A stretch of DNA of 64,000 bases, taken from Octopus vulgaris. Taxonomy: Eukaryota. The first letter of the stretch is position 1. Each line of letters begins with the position of its first letter. This document shows, piece by piece, positions 1 through 13,735 of this stretch. Location of the stretch: assembly GCA_951406725.2 (NCBI GenBank), contig OX597819.1, positions 123,132,001-123,196,000 on the forward strand, in the 5' to 3' direction. Below the pieces are notes generated by a model, which had not been told where the DNA came from, made no database searches, and worked only from the letters and a program-made list of their open reading frames with translations. Position numbers and translations under genes: made by a program.

Positions 1-596
1 GATGCAGGAGAGTCAACAAAACACAACTCAAACCCACCATTGCACCATAGAAAGTTATTGGTCATTGTATGGTGGTCTGCGAAAGAATTTATTCATTATT
101 CATTTTTGCAATAAGGAAAAACGGTAACAGCCACATCGTAATGCCAGGAAATTGGTTGTATGCATGAGACTTTGGAAAAGAAACAACCTGGACTGGTGAA
201 GAGAGATGGCGCAATTTTGTTCCACGACAATGCACGTCCTCACACTTCTCAAGCTACAGTCCAAAACATGCAAAGCCTGAATTATAAGATTTTGTAATAT
301 TCTCCCTATTCCCCTGATATCTCTCCTACTGATCATCACTTATTCAAGCGTTTTGAGCTTTTCATAAGCAATAAAGCATTCTTAAATAAAGAAGAGGTAA
401 CTGAAGCATTCGGACAGTTTATCACAGCAAAAGATGAAAATATTTTTTAAAGACGGAATATATGACATAGAGAAACGTTGGGTAAACATCGTAAATGAAC
501 ATGGATCATACTTTGATTAAATAAATCAGTTCTCTAACACTTCTGAAACATTTTATTGTTACCTTTCAAATACATTTCATGTGAAACAACCTAATA
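1..596 (+). mobile_element. Decayed mariner (Tc1/mariner DD34D) transposase 3' half plus right TIR
   Basis: Frame 1 reads LLVIVWWSAKEFIHY...ILFHDNARPHT...YSPYSPDISPTDHHLF with in-frame stops. It ends ...NEHGSYFD* near 520, followed by a TIR-like end CAACCTAATA at 587-596. Confidence 0.9.
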
Positions 597-966
597 GAGT
601 GTACGATATATAAAAGAACAGTGATTAAATGAAGTAAGCGGTAGCATATGAATGAGAGGTAAACGAAACACGTGAGAATAGGAAAGTATAGAAAGATTGG
701 AGGGTGACGGTAAGAAGTGAATTTAAACACGGGTTGAGTCTGACACACTACGAAGACTATTACTACGTAACAAAAGTTTTCACATCGCTATGTTTTAGAT
801 ATCTTTTTCTATCTCCTATCTTTCAAAAGTTTTTTTTTCGATTGACCAGAATGATGCACTGAGTCTGTTTACTCTATAATAACGAAATGCAATCTTCTAC
901 AGGAAAATGGAAACCTTTGATGACTCATATTTCCACTCAAGAAAGGCTTTCATAGTCTTTTTGTCG

Positions 967-1830
967 TACGAGGGGGAACCCAAAAGGAACTGCAATTTTG
1001 CAACATTTTTTATTCACTTAGTTTTATATGTTTACAATGTTATAGCGTTCAAAATATTCTATATTGGAAGCAGTCCGTCGGTCCAGGCGTGTCTTGCACG
1101 ATTCTACTCTTGCGAGGTGATGCCTTTCAATGCCTCCGTCGTTTTTGTCTTCACCTCTTCACATCTGCAAATTCCGTGGCACAAGCTTTCGTCACCAGAG
1201 ATGATCTTCGAGAAAAGGTCCGGATCAACTTCCAACGGTTCGTTCAGTTCACGACACGTATTCAGTCGTCGCTACTTTTGACCTTCCGTGAGCTACCGTT
1301 TCATAAATTTTGACGCAACTGTTTTCTTTCACAATTCTTCACTCAAAATTCGTTGACAGGAGCTCCAGGACAAACCAGTCATATCAACAAATTCGCGAAT
1401 TGTTCAGTGGCGGTCGTCCAAGATCAGTTTATGAATTTTAATGATGTTTTAATTCGTTTGGGAGGTCTAAGTCATCTAGTAACAAGTGATGATTCTTAAA
1501 ACGGAAAAACCAGTTGTAAACATCTGCTTTGCTCATGGCAGCGTCATTGTAAGTTGTTTGAAACATGACAATTCTTTCGGCTGCCGGTTTCTGTAGCAGA
1601 AAACAGAATTTCCCGGAAGCATGCTGTTCCTTCGTTTCAGCCATCGCAAATATCGACGAACAAGGAAGAAACTCAGCAAATTAAAACGCACCACGTAACA
1701 GCACGACTTTACCTGACTATACCAATCGACAGACTGGTGCCTGAGGGTCACACCAAGTGGAAAAGCCTGAACATACAACAGGTGCATCCTACAGAACACG
1801 TTTCCGGTTACGTTACGGTACTCCCTTGTA
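967..1830 (-). mobile_element. Internally deleted mariner element (N-terminal HTH remnant, degenerate TIRs)
   Basis: ORF 1438-1644 EQHASGKFCFLLQKPAAE...AMSKADVYNWFFRFKN resembles the mariner HTH. Ends TACGAGGGGGAACCC (967) and ...GGTACTCCCTTGTA (1830) are imperfect inverted repeats with TA termini. Confidence 0.7.
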
Positions 1831-2049
1831 CATGGTCAAACATCTTCCGCCATCACACGACTATAGTGTCTTGTAGGCTATTCAGTCCGGCATTTGTGAG
1901 AAATTCTTTATTCGTGATGTGGTCACATCAAGGCATTATCAGTATGGTCCTCAAACAATGTCTGTACAAGACAATTACAATTGTAGATTCTGCTGGTGTT
2001 TTTCAGAATGTAGCAGATGTACGATTTCAGTGGCATATTGATAGATTTA

Positions 2050-2290
2050 AGGCGGCGAGCTGGCAGAACCGTTAGCACGCCGGGCGAAATACGTAGCCGT
2101 ATTTCGTCTGCCGTTACGTTCTGAGTTCAAATTCCGCCGCGGTCAACTTTGCCTTTCATCCTTTCGGGGTCGATAAATTAAGTACCAGTTACGCACTGGG
2201 GTCGATGTAATCGACTTAATCCGTTTGTCTGTCCTTGTTTGTCCCCCTCTGTGTTTAGCCCCTTGTGGGTAGTAAAGAAATAGTAAAGAA
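2050..2290 (+). mobile_element. tRNA-derived SINE family A (central GCCTTTCATCC..GGTCGATAAA..AGTACCAG domain), monomer
   Basis: GGCGGCGAGCTGGCAGAA head, B-box-like GAGTTCAAATTCC, tail GTGGGTAGTAAAGAAATA. TSD ATTGATAGAT at 2037-2046 and 2291-2300. Confidence 0.85.
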
Positions 2291-2499
2291 ATTGATAGAT
2301 CTATACCGTCGGAATTTAATGCCGAGGCTGATATAAATATATTGTACTACATTAGGATCTTTGTGCCTATCACCCTTGCAATTCTATATTTGTGTTTGCC
2401 ACGCATAATACTTGTATACGAACGCATAATCCTTACAAATATAATAACATTGTAACATTTGCTTTTATTCCGCACTATAGTAACGAAATGCAACGAAAT

Positions 2500-3150
2500 A
2501 CAATAAAATGGAAATAGCATGAGCAGTTATTGAAGGAACGATGGCTGTGAAATCTTGAATTTAAGAATTGGTTTCAGCAAGATGGAAAAGCTTTAACGTT
2601 ACTCTGAGAAATGCACATAAATCTAAGCTGATGAAATAAAACTCCTCTCTAACGTAAGAAATACTTTTATGTTCCTAAATGAAGTCTTCTCAGTTTACAG
2701 CAAAAGAGTTAACGATGAGCGAACAAACAGAGAAACGTGAATTGTTCAGTGTTTGCTGTTCTCTTTGTAAACGTTGATTATTTTCTAGGAAGAATTTCCA
2801 AAGAGAAAAATAGCTGAAAAATTATCAATGTAAAGAACAAAACTTTTCATGGAAAAAATAGTGGTAAAAAATATCTGGAAGACCCAGAAGTTTTCTCTCA
2901 TATCTGTTTCCCAAGTTGCAGTTATAGTTGTGAGAAACTGTGATTCTAATATCCATAATGCTATAAAGGCTGTGTTAGATACTGAAGTCTTAGAAAATGG
3001 AATGAATTTTGATCTTTCAAAACTATTTATTCTAACTTGCAAACAAGATATGTTCCTCTTGGAAATATTATTGGATTTACGAACGATGAGGTTTCTTTCA
3101 TGATGGGCGCCATAATTGGCTTCAAGAAATTATTCTATCATAAAGTTATT
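2500..3150 (+). pseudogene. hAT-superfamily transposase remnant
   Basis: KTQKFSLI..SVSQVAVIVR.CD...VLDT..LENG and NIIGFT.D....MMG...GFK resemble hAT/Charlie-type catalytic-domain motifs, frameshifted. 4000-4296 may be a continuation. Confidence 0.6.
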
Positions 3151-3559
3151 CTTATTATAAAGTTATTCTTTTATTCGCGTAAAGATTTTCCTAACATTCG
3201 AATAATCTGTACAAGTGATTCTGGGTCACCGATGTTTTGACATGTTGTGTCACTTCAACCACATGTCACCTGACCAACGAATCTCACAAGAACCTATGGT
3301 CTTGTTCGTAATTTCAGTAAAGAAACTTGGTCGCTGATCCATGCTGATGTCTGTGACCGATAATAACATAATAAACCGTTATTTATACTGCGAACAAGAA
3401 GACCTGAAATGATGACTTGTATATTCCTGCTCAATACATTCCGGCAGATTTGAACCCGACTACTACTATTCGCTATAGTATTCATCACAATAGAACAGCT
3501 CCTTCTTTACTACGAGTATGTATTCAAATGATTCTGGGGTGACACCAGTGTTTCGAAAT

Positions 3560-3780
3560 GTGTCTCCACACGTGAGTTCAATTCCTGGCGACGTGTTGTG
3601 TCCCTGAGTAAGACACTGGATTTCACGTTGCGCCAGTCCACTCAGCTGGAAAAAATGAGTTGTACCTGTATTTCAAAGGGCCGGCCTTTTCACACTCAGT
3701 GTCACACTTAATTTCACGAGCAAGCTGTTCCATTGATCGTATCAGCTGGGGCCGACGTCGCCATAACCGACGGAGTGTTC
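3560..3780 (+). mobile_element. Old, diverged copy related to SINE family C
   Basis: Shares TTGTACCTGTATTTCAAAGGGCCGGCC and TTAATTTCACGAGCA...CCGACGGAGTG with the copies at 21617 and 42563. Confidence 0.7.
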
Positions 3781-4593
3781 CTCTGTCTCGACAGTAAGAA
3801 GCGCCCGGTCCAGTGAATCTTTATGTTTGTAAACCAGTTTAACGCTTCTCTTATTTATTTCCCATGTGGATCAAAAACTGATGAAGTTTCTCAGGATGAT
3901 TTATACGATAATCACGAAATAAAGTACACGCTATTTTCCATCAGTTTCTACTAGAGAAAACGAATTTAATGAATATTAGTTCCCATCTGAGCACTTTAGA
4001 TGACACTGGTTGTATTTAATGATATCATTAAATACTCCCAAGTTCCTTCACCAAAGTTGAATTTCCAAAGAACATTAAATTATCACGAATTTATCCTAGC
4101 AATGAAAGTAATTACAAAAACATTAGTGATGTTTACCTTAAAGGAAAGGCAACACTACAAACAATTGCTGAACATTTTCTTGGTGAAATCAGTGTTAGAA
4201 GATTTCAAATTGATTGAAATTCCTAATGGAAATTTGTATTCCAATAAGAAACAAAAAAGTTTCCTTTCAGCGGACTTGGAATTGTTGCTTAATTAAAGTT
4301 ATCAGACCAAAACGTATCTTACGATTCCTGCATATCTCCCATGACTGTCAATCCACTAATTGTTCGTCTTCATCCCTTCTGCTATAGAGTCGTCTAACTG
4401 ATCCAATAATTGATGGCGATTTATCTTATGTAGGCGCAAACCTTACTCTATGCGATTAAGATGCTAGCTATGTAGTCGTATGTATTCAAGTTCAGTCTCA
4501 ATACACGGAATTTTGGATGACTGCTGTTGTTGTCATTAAATACACCAACTGTCATTACTAGCTTGCTCTTGGTGTTGCAGTACATAGTGCAAC

Positions 4594-5005
4594 ATAACTG
4601 CAACTTGGGAAACAGATATGAGAGAAAACTTCTGGGTCTTCCAGATATTTTTTACCACTATTTTTTCCATGAAAAGTTTTGTTCTTTACATTGATAATTT
4701 TTCAGCCATTTTTCTCTTTGGAAATACTTCCTGGAAAATAATCAACGTTTACAAAGAGAACAGCAAACACTGAACAATTCACATTTCTCTGTTTGTTCGC
4801 TCATCGTTAACTCTTTTGCTGTAAACTGAGAAGACTTCATTTAGGAACATAAAAGTATTTCTTACGTTAGAGAGGAGTTTTATTTCATCAGCTTAGATTT
4901 AATAGATGAAGGAAGGGGTTTCGATACTCCTCAATCTAGGTACTATTATTATAGTAACGTTAAAGCTTTTCCATCTTGCTGAAACCAATTCTTAAATTCA
5001 AGATT
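4594..5005 (-). repeat. Inverted local duplication of 2551-2925 with a templated insert
   Basis: 4594-4900 is the reverse complement of 2619-2925, 4953-5005 of 2551-2603, and 4906-4949 of 5142-5185. Few mismatches. Confidence 0.9.
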
Positions 5006-5830
5006 GTCGGTAAGGATGGGGAATACTAATATCATTATTATTATTGTTTTTCTAACAACAATTTTTTTATTGGGAGCAGTGATGCTAGGGGTATTAATAT
5101 TATTACAGGCCGTGGATAAGTACTTCTTATTCAGGCTAGCTATAATAGTATCTAGATTGAGGAGTATCGAAACCCCTTCCTTCATTAAACTCTTTATCGA
5201 TAAGTGAAACTATTCTTTACTAGAACCTTCATTTCCTTAAAAATAGCCAACCCAACCCTCCTAGACCTAACCTTTATCCATTGAATACCCCTATATTTCT
5301 GTCCCCCTCCTTTGGTCTTTTACCATTAGCTAGTGATCCCTAGAACCCGATTTTGTACCTGATTGGCTTGTATTTTTCATTTTTCTTTTACTTTTAGTTT
5401 TTTTATTTTCCCTTCTCTCTATTTATGTTCTTTTCTTCTCGTATCCTTAATTGTCTTATAATCTCTCCTTACTCACCACTACACCAAGCCTACTATAAAT
5501 TATCGCCCACATCCCACCCCAGCCTACTTATGATCTAGCCTGACAGACTCCTTCCTGCCCGGATCACTGACCTTAGATATCATATTACACACCTAAATAG
5601 CCAACATGCTCATTCTCCCATTTCATAGTTGGCCTCAATAGACTCTAGCCACATCCTGGCTGTCTTCTTGAGACGTTCCTTTGTTTTGTAAAACATTACT
5701 TCTCATCTGAGGATTACGGCCCTTAAAATAATGTAATGCTCTCATTCTTCTATTAAAAGGTTACGTAAGAAACAGTTGTGGTGAGTTGTTTGTTGTTATT
5801 ATTCATTTGGTTATACTACACCAACGGAAT
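5006..5830 (+). mobile_element. Penelope-like 3'/pLTR remnant with degenerate hammerhead motif (5702-5785)
   Basis: ctcat-CTGAGGA-ttacg...cgtaa-GAAAC-agtt-GTG-gtgag. The cleavage triplet GUG is non-canonical. Confidence 0.45.
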
Positions 5831-6036
5831 TTACGAATGGTAGGACAGCCTACGGTATACCGACAACGTATAATTCAGAGTAACTCGTGATTTCGACCAG
5901 GCCCCTAAGCGCGAAATACTCATAGGGTTGGCTTTCTCTGTATACACAACCGAAATATCCTATATGAACCACAGAGATTACCCAAGCCTACCTAGTGCAT
6001 ACCATTTCAAGTGCCTGATTCTGTCCGAATTCTCAT

Positions 6037-6101
<65 letters not shown>

Positions 6102-6198
6102 ATTAGAGACAAAACCACTATTATGCAAATCAAACAAAGACAGACTTAAGCCAATACATAAAATAATTTATATAAATTAAAATTTAACAATTATAAAG

Positions 6199-6252
6199 AA
6201 CCACTACGATCGTTTCGTGTCAGCACATCTTTGAGACATTCTTCAGGTGGTT
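6199..6252 (-). ncRNA. Minimal type-I hammerhead ribozyme motif (mirror copy)
   Basis: Reverse complement of 6312-6365. Confidence 0.7.
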
Positions 6253-6311
6253 TCAAAACCTTCATGTCGAGTTCATGGTTCATAGTTTAAAACTCGCCAA
6301 GAGGGTTTTGA

Positions 6312-6365
6312 AACCACCTGAAGAATGTCTCAAAGATGTGCTGACACGAAACGATCGTAGTGGTT
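6312..6365 (+). ncRNA. Minimal type-I hammerhead ribozyme motif
   Basis: aaccac-CTGAAGA-a-tgtc...gaca-c-GAAAC-gatc-GTA-gtggtt. 6-bp stem I, palindromic stem III ACGATCGT, GUA site. Confidence 0.75.
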
Positions 6366-6754
6366 CTTTATAATTGTTAAATTTTAATTTATATAAATTA
6401 TTTTATGTATTGGCTTATGTCTGTCTTTGTTTGATTTGCATAATAGTAGTTTTGTCTCTAATTTAATATAATATAATATTTTACTATAAAATTGGATTCA
6501 ATCCTAAATCTGATTTTTCCCTGTGAATTTGGATTTATTCCCTAATATTTATTATTATTATATATATATATATAATATATATAAATTAAATTAAATTAAA
6601 ATATTGAAGTGAATCTAACAGCTTTTGTGTGTTTTTAAATGGCTTGTAAACACCTTCCACGCTGCAGTTGTTTTTGTTTCAGCACACGATCTCAGACCTG
6701 GTCACTTGCTATGTACATCTCCATAATATATATATACATACATACATACATACA

Positions 6755-6816
<62 letters not shown>

Positions 6817-6840
6817 TAGATATAGATAGATAGATAAATT

Positions 6841-6925
6841 GGACCCTGCAGAAACCGCATCGAAAATACCACCAAAATACGCATCTAACAGTGTGCAGTT
6901 GATGCAGTTGAAACGCGTATGTCCA
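6841..6925 (+). ncRNA. Degenerate or variant hammerhead-like motif
   Basis: ggac-c-CTGCAGA-aaccgcatc...gatgcagtt-GAAAC-gc-GTA-t-gtcc. Core A6 is replaced by C. Confidence 0.4.
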
Positions 6926-7020
6926 CGAAAGAATGCTGTGAAAATAACTAAAAGTAAAAGAAAAGTAAAACCCTACCTGGTGCACACCTTTTCAAGTGTC
7001 TGATTCTGTCCGAATCCTCT

Positions 7021-7065
<45 letters not shown>

Positions 7066-7716
7066 GGACTTCTGAAACTGTTATTTAGAATTTGACGTAA
7101 ACCTTTATCAGACAGTTGTGATAATCCAGACTATTAAAGACATTGTTATAAATTGTGACTATGTATAAGCGTCAATAGATTACAATTCAGTGAATAAGCA
7201 TTTGTTACGGAGTGGGCAACTGCTTTAAAAGTAATGGTGAGATTTAAGTCGGAATCGATTGTTACTTGAAAATAGATATATAAGCAATAGTTGAATTGAA
7301 AAACTTTAATTGAAAGATATGAAGATACGAGTGAAAAACTTAACAGAATATACAGAGGTTATGTCAAGAATAAGAAGTTGCAAGTAATTACAGTGGAATA
7401 TAATGCAAGTATATTGAAATAAGAAATAAAATTAATACTCGACATAAGAATAAGGGAAAAAAATAGAATAAGAATTGAACAAATGAAAATCGATCAATAG
7501 TAAAGAAAACGCAATTGAAAGGAAAAAAAGGTAGTAGAGAAACAGAGAAGAAAATCATTATGAGGTGGAAGGAGAAAGAAAGAACAGGTAAAGAAAAGGG
7601 GGAGGGAGGCAAGACAGGGCAATTTCCTGAGCAGGCAATAGAGTGGGAGGTGGGTTTTTAAGGCAGAATACAGAACGTTTTATATATATATATGTATATA
7701 TATGTATATATATATT

Positions 7717-7771
<55 letters not shown>

Positions 7772-7780
7772 ATATATATT

Positions 7781-8933
<1,153 letters not shown>

Positions 8934-8942
8934 AGTGGTTAA

Positions 8943-9565
8943 AGGCGACGAGCTGGAAGAAACGATAGCGCGCCGGGCGAAATGTGTAGCCGTATTTCGT
9001 CTGCCGTTACGTTCTGAGTTCAAATTCCGCCGACGTCGACTTTTGCCTTTCATACTTTCGGGGTCGATAAATTAAGTACCAGTTACGCAATGGGGTCGAT
9101 TTAATCGACTTTACCCCTTTGTCTGTCCTTGTTTGTCCCCTGTATGTTTAGCCCCTTGTGGACAATACAGAAATGTTAACAAGCCGGCCGAAATGCTTCG
9201 TGGTATTTCCTCTGCCGTTACCTTCTGAGTTCAAATTCCACCGAGGTCGACTTTGCCTTTCATCCTGTCAGGGTCGATTAAATAAGTACCAGTTACGCAT
9301 TGGGGTCGATGTAATCGACTTAATCCGTTTGTTTGTCCTTGTTTGTCCTTGTTTGTCCTCTCTGTGTTTAGCCCCTTGTGGGTAGTAAAGAAATAGAAAT
9401 AGGTAATTCGTCTGTCTTTACGTCTTGAGATCAAATACCGCCGAGCTCGACTTTGCCTTTCATCTTTTCGGGGTCGATAAATTAAATATTAATGGTGTAC
9501 TGGGGTCGATTTAGTCGACTGCCCCCTCATCCCCAAAATTTCGGGCCTTGTGCCTAGAATTGAAA
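8943..9565 (+). mobile_element. SINE family A tandem trimer
   Basis: One full head followed by three successive GTCGACTTTGCCTTTCATC units. The last unit has the alternative tail GGCCTTGTGCCTAGAA. Confidence 0.85.
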
Positions 9566-9761
9566 ATACTATATATCTAGTGGTTAGGGTGTTGGACTCA
9601 CGATTGTTAGATCGCAGGTTCGATTAACAAACCGGGTGTTGCGTTGTGTTCTTGAGTAAAGCACTTCAATTCACGTTGCTCTGCGATCATTTCGTCATCT
9701 GGCATGCGGCACTTGACTTAAACAAAACTTGACTTAAACGGGATATAGATAATCCTATCAT

Positions 9762-9820
9762 GTGGTGCTATTAAGTTAGACATGGACTGGACCAATCTTT
9801 GGTCGAAACATAACTAAGTT
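9762..9820 (+). mobile_element. Isolated 3' tail of the CR1/L2-type LINE family seen at 52090-53778
   Basis: GTGGTGCTATTAAGTTAGACATGG..TGG.CCAAT matches 53711-53745. Confidence 0.75.
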
Positions 9821-10049
9821 TTTATCTACGTTTTATGTAGAGTCGTGCAAGCATACACGCTTCGGTATACATATGTGGATACATGCAAAATGTATCAACA
9901 AAGACATTAAAAACCCCAGAAAACCTGAGGGATAGGATAGGAAGATGGTTATAAAAATAGAAATAAGAAATATATGTAATATGAAAATAAAATTTAGATA
10001 ATATGAAAATAGTATTCAACAAGGTTTGGAAGATATAGGCCTAAAATTC

Positions 10050-10238
10050 ATTTCTTTACTACCCACAAGGGGCTAAACGCAGAGGGGACAAACGAGGACA
10101 GACAAATGGATTAAGTCGATTAATTCGCCCCCAGTGCGTAACTGGTACTTAATTTATCGACCCCGAAAGGACTAAAGGCAAAGTTGACCTCGGCGAAATT
10201 TGGACTCAGAACGTAACGGCAGACGAAATATGGCTACG
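10050..10238 (-). mobile_element. SINE family A, 5'-truncated
   Basis: Reverse-complement family A unit flanked by AGGCCTAAAATT direct repeats. Confidence 0.8.
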
Positions 10239-10637
10239 ATAGAGGCCTAAAATTATTAGGGTGGTGAATGGGAAAAATCCCGTATCACATGTAATATATA
10301 TTATGACAACACATCGTTTGTAACTTAGATCGATGATACGAAAAAGCCGATGGGGTAAACACTTTATGAAGTACCAAAACAAAAAGGAGTTATATAAAAG
10401 AAGTGAGCTGTTTTAAATCATCGATAATTCTAGGGGAAACTTATATGGGCTTCACATGCAGGATCTATTGGCACACAAACGGAACTTAGACGCGTGCCTG
10501 CAGAAACTCAAAAGGCTGTTTGTGATTCAGTGGTGGTTTATTTCGGAATAGTATTAAGAGCAAAGCAGTAAAGGGAATTTTAGAGACAAGTGCTTGGTCA
10601 CCTATATATGCGAAAGACGCACTAGACGCGGAAGGTG

Positions 10638-10724
<87 letters not shown>

Positions 10725-11669
10725 TTGGCTACCTAGCTAGCTATTTACCTCTCTTTCTTCCTACCCGTCACTGCATAAATATAAAAGTTATTACACAGAA
10801 AAATATTTTGTACCACTAGTGGCGCATGCGCAGAAAATAAACAGAATATATGAAATTTGATCGAAAAACAAAAGAAAAAAAAAACAGACAGCCCTTATCA
10901 AGAAATGAACTCACGTCCATTTTTCGCATACGCTTTCCTGTCACTAACATGCGTTTCTTATTGTCTTTTCTTTTTTTATATTTCTTAGTGTGTGTTTTAG
11001 AACGCGTTTAATGTATGTGCGTGTGTATGTTAGCAGTCGTTTATTGAAACAAGCTAAGACACCGCATCTACAGAAGCGACCTTATGCCGTGCTTATGTTT
11101 ACAGTCTTCAATATGGCGTTTTCAACAGTGGCACAGGACTTTACATAAAAGTGTTTAATATGCTAATAGCTTGGCAGTCAAATTTGTTTTCCTTTGCTTA
11201 TGTTTACAATCGATTACCATATCTCTGTCTCAAATCTCAGTCTCCTATCTTACATATGCAAACATAGTAGATACACTTGCTATAAATAACAGTCATATCT
11301 CTCTCACATCGCAGACTTTCAGCATCGAGAAACACATAGGATCGTATGAATCTGGGTCCACTGCACATAAAAAACCAACAACACGGGACATTGACAATTA
11401 TAAATACTTTTAGCTAAGTTAGTTCCGATATGATTAACTTGGAGCTGATCAACAAGACTAAACATATACACACACAAACCGCCCACCAGTTAGCAATCAA
11501 GCTACTAGAAATAGTAGCCAAAACTCACTAAAATCATACCATGTTATCTCCAAAAGCATTTATCTTGATTTCTTGGACTTGATACATTCAGTTTGAGTTA
11601 AAGACGCCATTATTGCTTCTATTGATATTTTCAATTGCTTATCTTTTAGCGTTTAATTAGAGTATCTGC

Positions 11670-11880
11670 TTTCAAAATTTGACAGAAGGTCAGCAATGTC
11701 GAGTGTGAGGTAAGTCGACTATATCGATCCCAGAGCGCAGCAGCCACTTATTTTATCGACCCCGACATGATAAAAGGCAAAGCCGACTTCAGTGGAATTT
11801 GAACTCGTTAAGTAAAGCCAGACTAAATGCCGCTTAGCATTTCACTCAGTGTGCAATGATTCTGCCACCTCGCTGCCTAT
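11670..11880 (-). mobile_element. Diverged SINE family A copy
   Basis: TATCGACCCCG..ATGATAAAAGGCAAAG.CGAC...GGAATTTGAACTC...GATTCTGCCA.CTCGC.GCC. Confidence 0.7.
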
Positions 11881-12004
11881 ATTAGAACAATTGTGTGCCC
11901 ACAAGTGGACAGGCCCCTTCAAAGGGGAGATCTAGGGACACTGAATGTTTACAGTAGTTCATGATTTTTCTTAGAAATGAAATATTTAAACCAGATACAG
12001 ATAT

Positions 12005-12420
12005 ACTCTTTTACTCTTTTTTACTTGTTTCAGTCATTTGATTATGGCCATGCTGGAGCACCACCTTTAGTCGAACAAATCTACCCCAGGACTTATTCTT
12101 TATAAGCCTACTACTTATTCTATCGGTTTCTGTTGCCGAACTCCTAAGTTACGATGACGTAAACACACCAGCATCGGTTGTCAGACGATGTTGGAGGTAC
12201 AAACACAGACACCCAAACATATACACACACACATATATATATATACACATATATACGACGGGCTTCTCTCAGTTTCCATCTACCAAATCCACTCACAAGG
12301 CTTTGGTCGTCCCGAGGCTATAGTAGAAAACACATGCCCAAAATGCTACGCAGTGGGACTGAACTCGGAACCATGTGACTGGTAAACAAGCTACTTACCA
12401 CGCAGCCACTCCTGCGCCTA
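12005..12420 (-). mobile_element. tRNA-derived SINE family B (CORE-like TTGGGCAAGTG block, internal microsatellite)
   Basis: Head GGCGCAGGAGTGGCTG, internal (TA)/(TG) tract, tail GCTCCAGCATGGCC...GACTGAAACAAGTAAAA. Confidence 0.85.
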
Positions 12421-13289
12421 TAAACACAATTTTAAAAACTATTTGTCTAGATTAGAATCCTGTATGAGGCCCTTCGTAAACCGAGGCCAAAGAATGATTT
12501 TTGCTGCGTCTAAGTCCAATCTTTACAACAGTCTCCGTCCTCTACATCCAAATTAAAATATTATCCCTTGAAATGAATATTATTAAAATAAATGTAACTG
12601 GTTCTATAGTTAAGAAGCTCGAATTGCAAACTAGTGGTTTTATGTTCACTCCTACTGTGCGCTACTCTGGGCAAGTGTTACCTACTATAGCCTAGGTTTC
12701 AGCAGTACCTTGCGAGTGAATTTAATAGAGGGAAACTATGCGGAACCCCATTGTGTGTGTATGTATATGTGTGTGAGTGTGCACCCGCGTGCGTGTGTTT
12801 ATGCATTTATGTATATGTATATGTATATATGAGTGTGTTTCTCTTTCTGTTTGTCCACTACTATCAGCAAAAGCGGTCGAGAGAAGAGGTATCAAACTTT
12901 TAAAGACTTTATTACCAGAGTGAATTTTTTTGACTAAGCCCTTCAAGGCGATGCTCCAGCTTGGCTGCAGTCCAGTGACAGACACAAGTAAAAAAGAAAG
13001 AAAAGCTATGTTGTATACCGAAAGTGATGTAATTTCTGATTCCATCCAATAAGACTTCAGTCTCAGTCAGAATCGTTGACATGGCTAACGATATTGGAAA
13101 CAAGCTTGGAAAATAATCTCAAAGTTTGTTGTCAATACCACGGTTTAAAACTGGAGGAAAAGAAAGTGATTCATGATGAAGCTTTGTTATTAGTCTCTGT
13201 GAGTGCGGTGAATTGACAGAATCGTTAGATCGTCGGGAAAATGGCTTGCAGGTTTTCCTCTGCTTCTTTACTACATTTTGTGTTCAAAT

Positions 13290-13455
13290 AGGCGTAGGAG
13301 TGGCTCTGTGGTAAGTAGCTTGTCTACCAACCACATGGTTCCGGGTTCAGTCCCACTGTGTGGCACTTTGGGCAAGTGTCTTCTACTATAGCCTCGGGCC
13401 GACCAAAGCCTTGTGTGTGGATTTGGTTGACGGAAACTGCAAGAAGCCCGTCGTA

Positions 13456-13496
<41 letters not shown>

Positions 13497-13735
13497 GCGT
13501 GTGTGTGTATATGTTTGCGTGTCTGCGTTTCTCCCCCCCCCCCTCCAACATCGCTTGACAACCGATGCTGGTGTGTTTACCTCCCCGTAACTTAGTGGTT
13601 TGGCAAAAGAGACCGATAGAATAAGTACTAGACTTACAAAGAATAACTCCTGGGGTCGATTTGATCGACTAAACGCGGTGCTCCAGCATGGCCACAGTCA
13701 CATGACTGAAACAAGTAAAAAGTAAAAAGTTAAAA
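13290..13735 (+). mobile_element. SINE family B, inserted into an old family A copy (about 13200-13830)
   Basis: Full head, internal (TA)n and tail. Flanks resemble a degraded family A head and tail. Confidence 0.85.

Larger units (their letters stand above)
6094..6558. mobile_element. Palindromic non-coding Penelope-like mini-element in (TA)n
   Basis: Arms 6094-6260 and 6304-6469 are near-perfect inverted repeats. The right arm has an extra tail of about 90 bp, both ends abut (TA)n, and each arm has a hammerhead motif. Confidence 0.8.
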
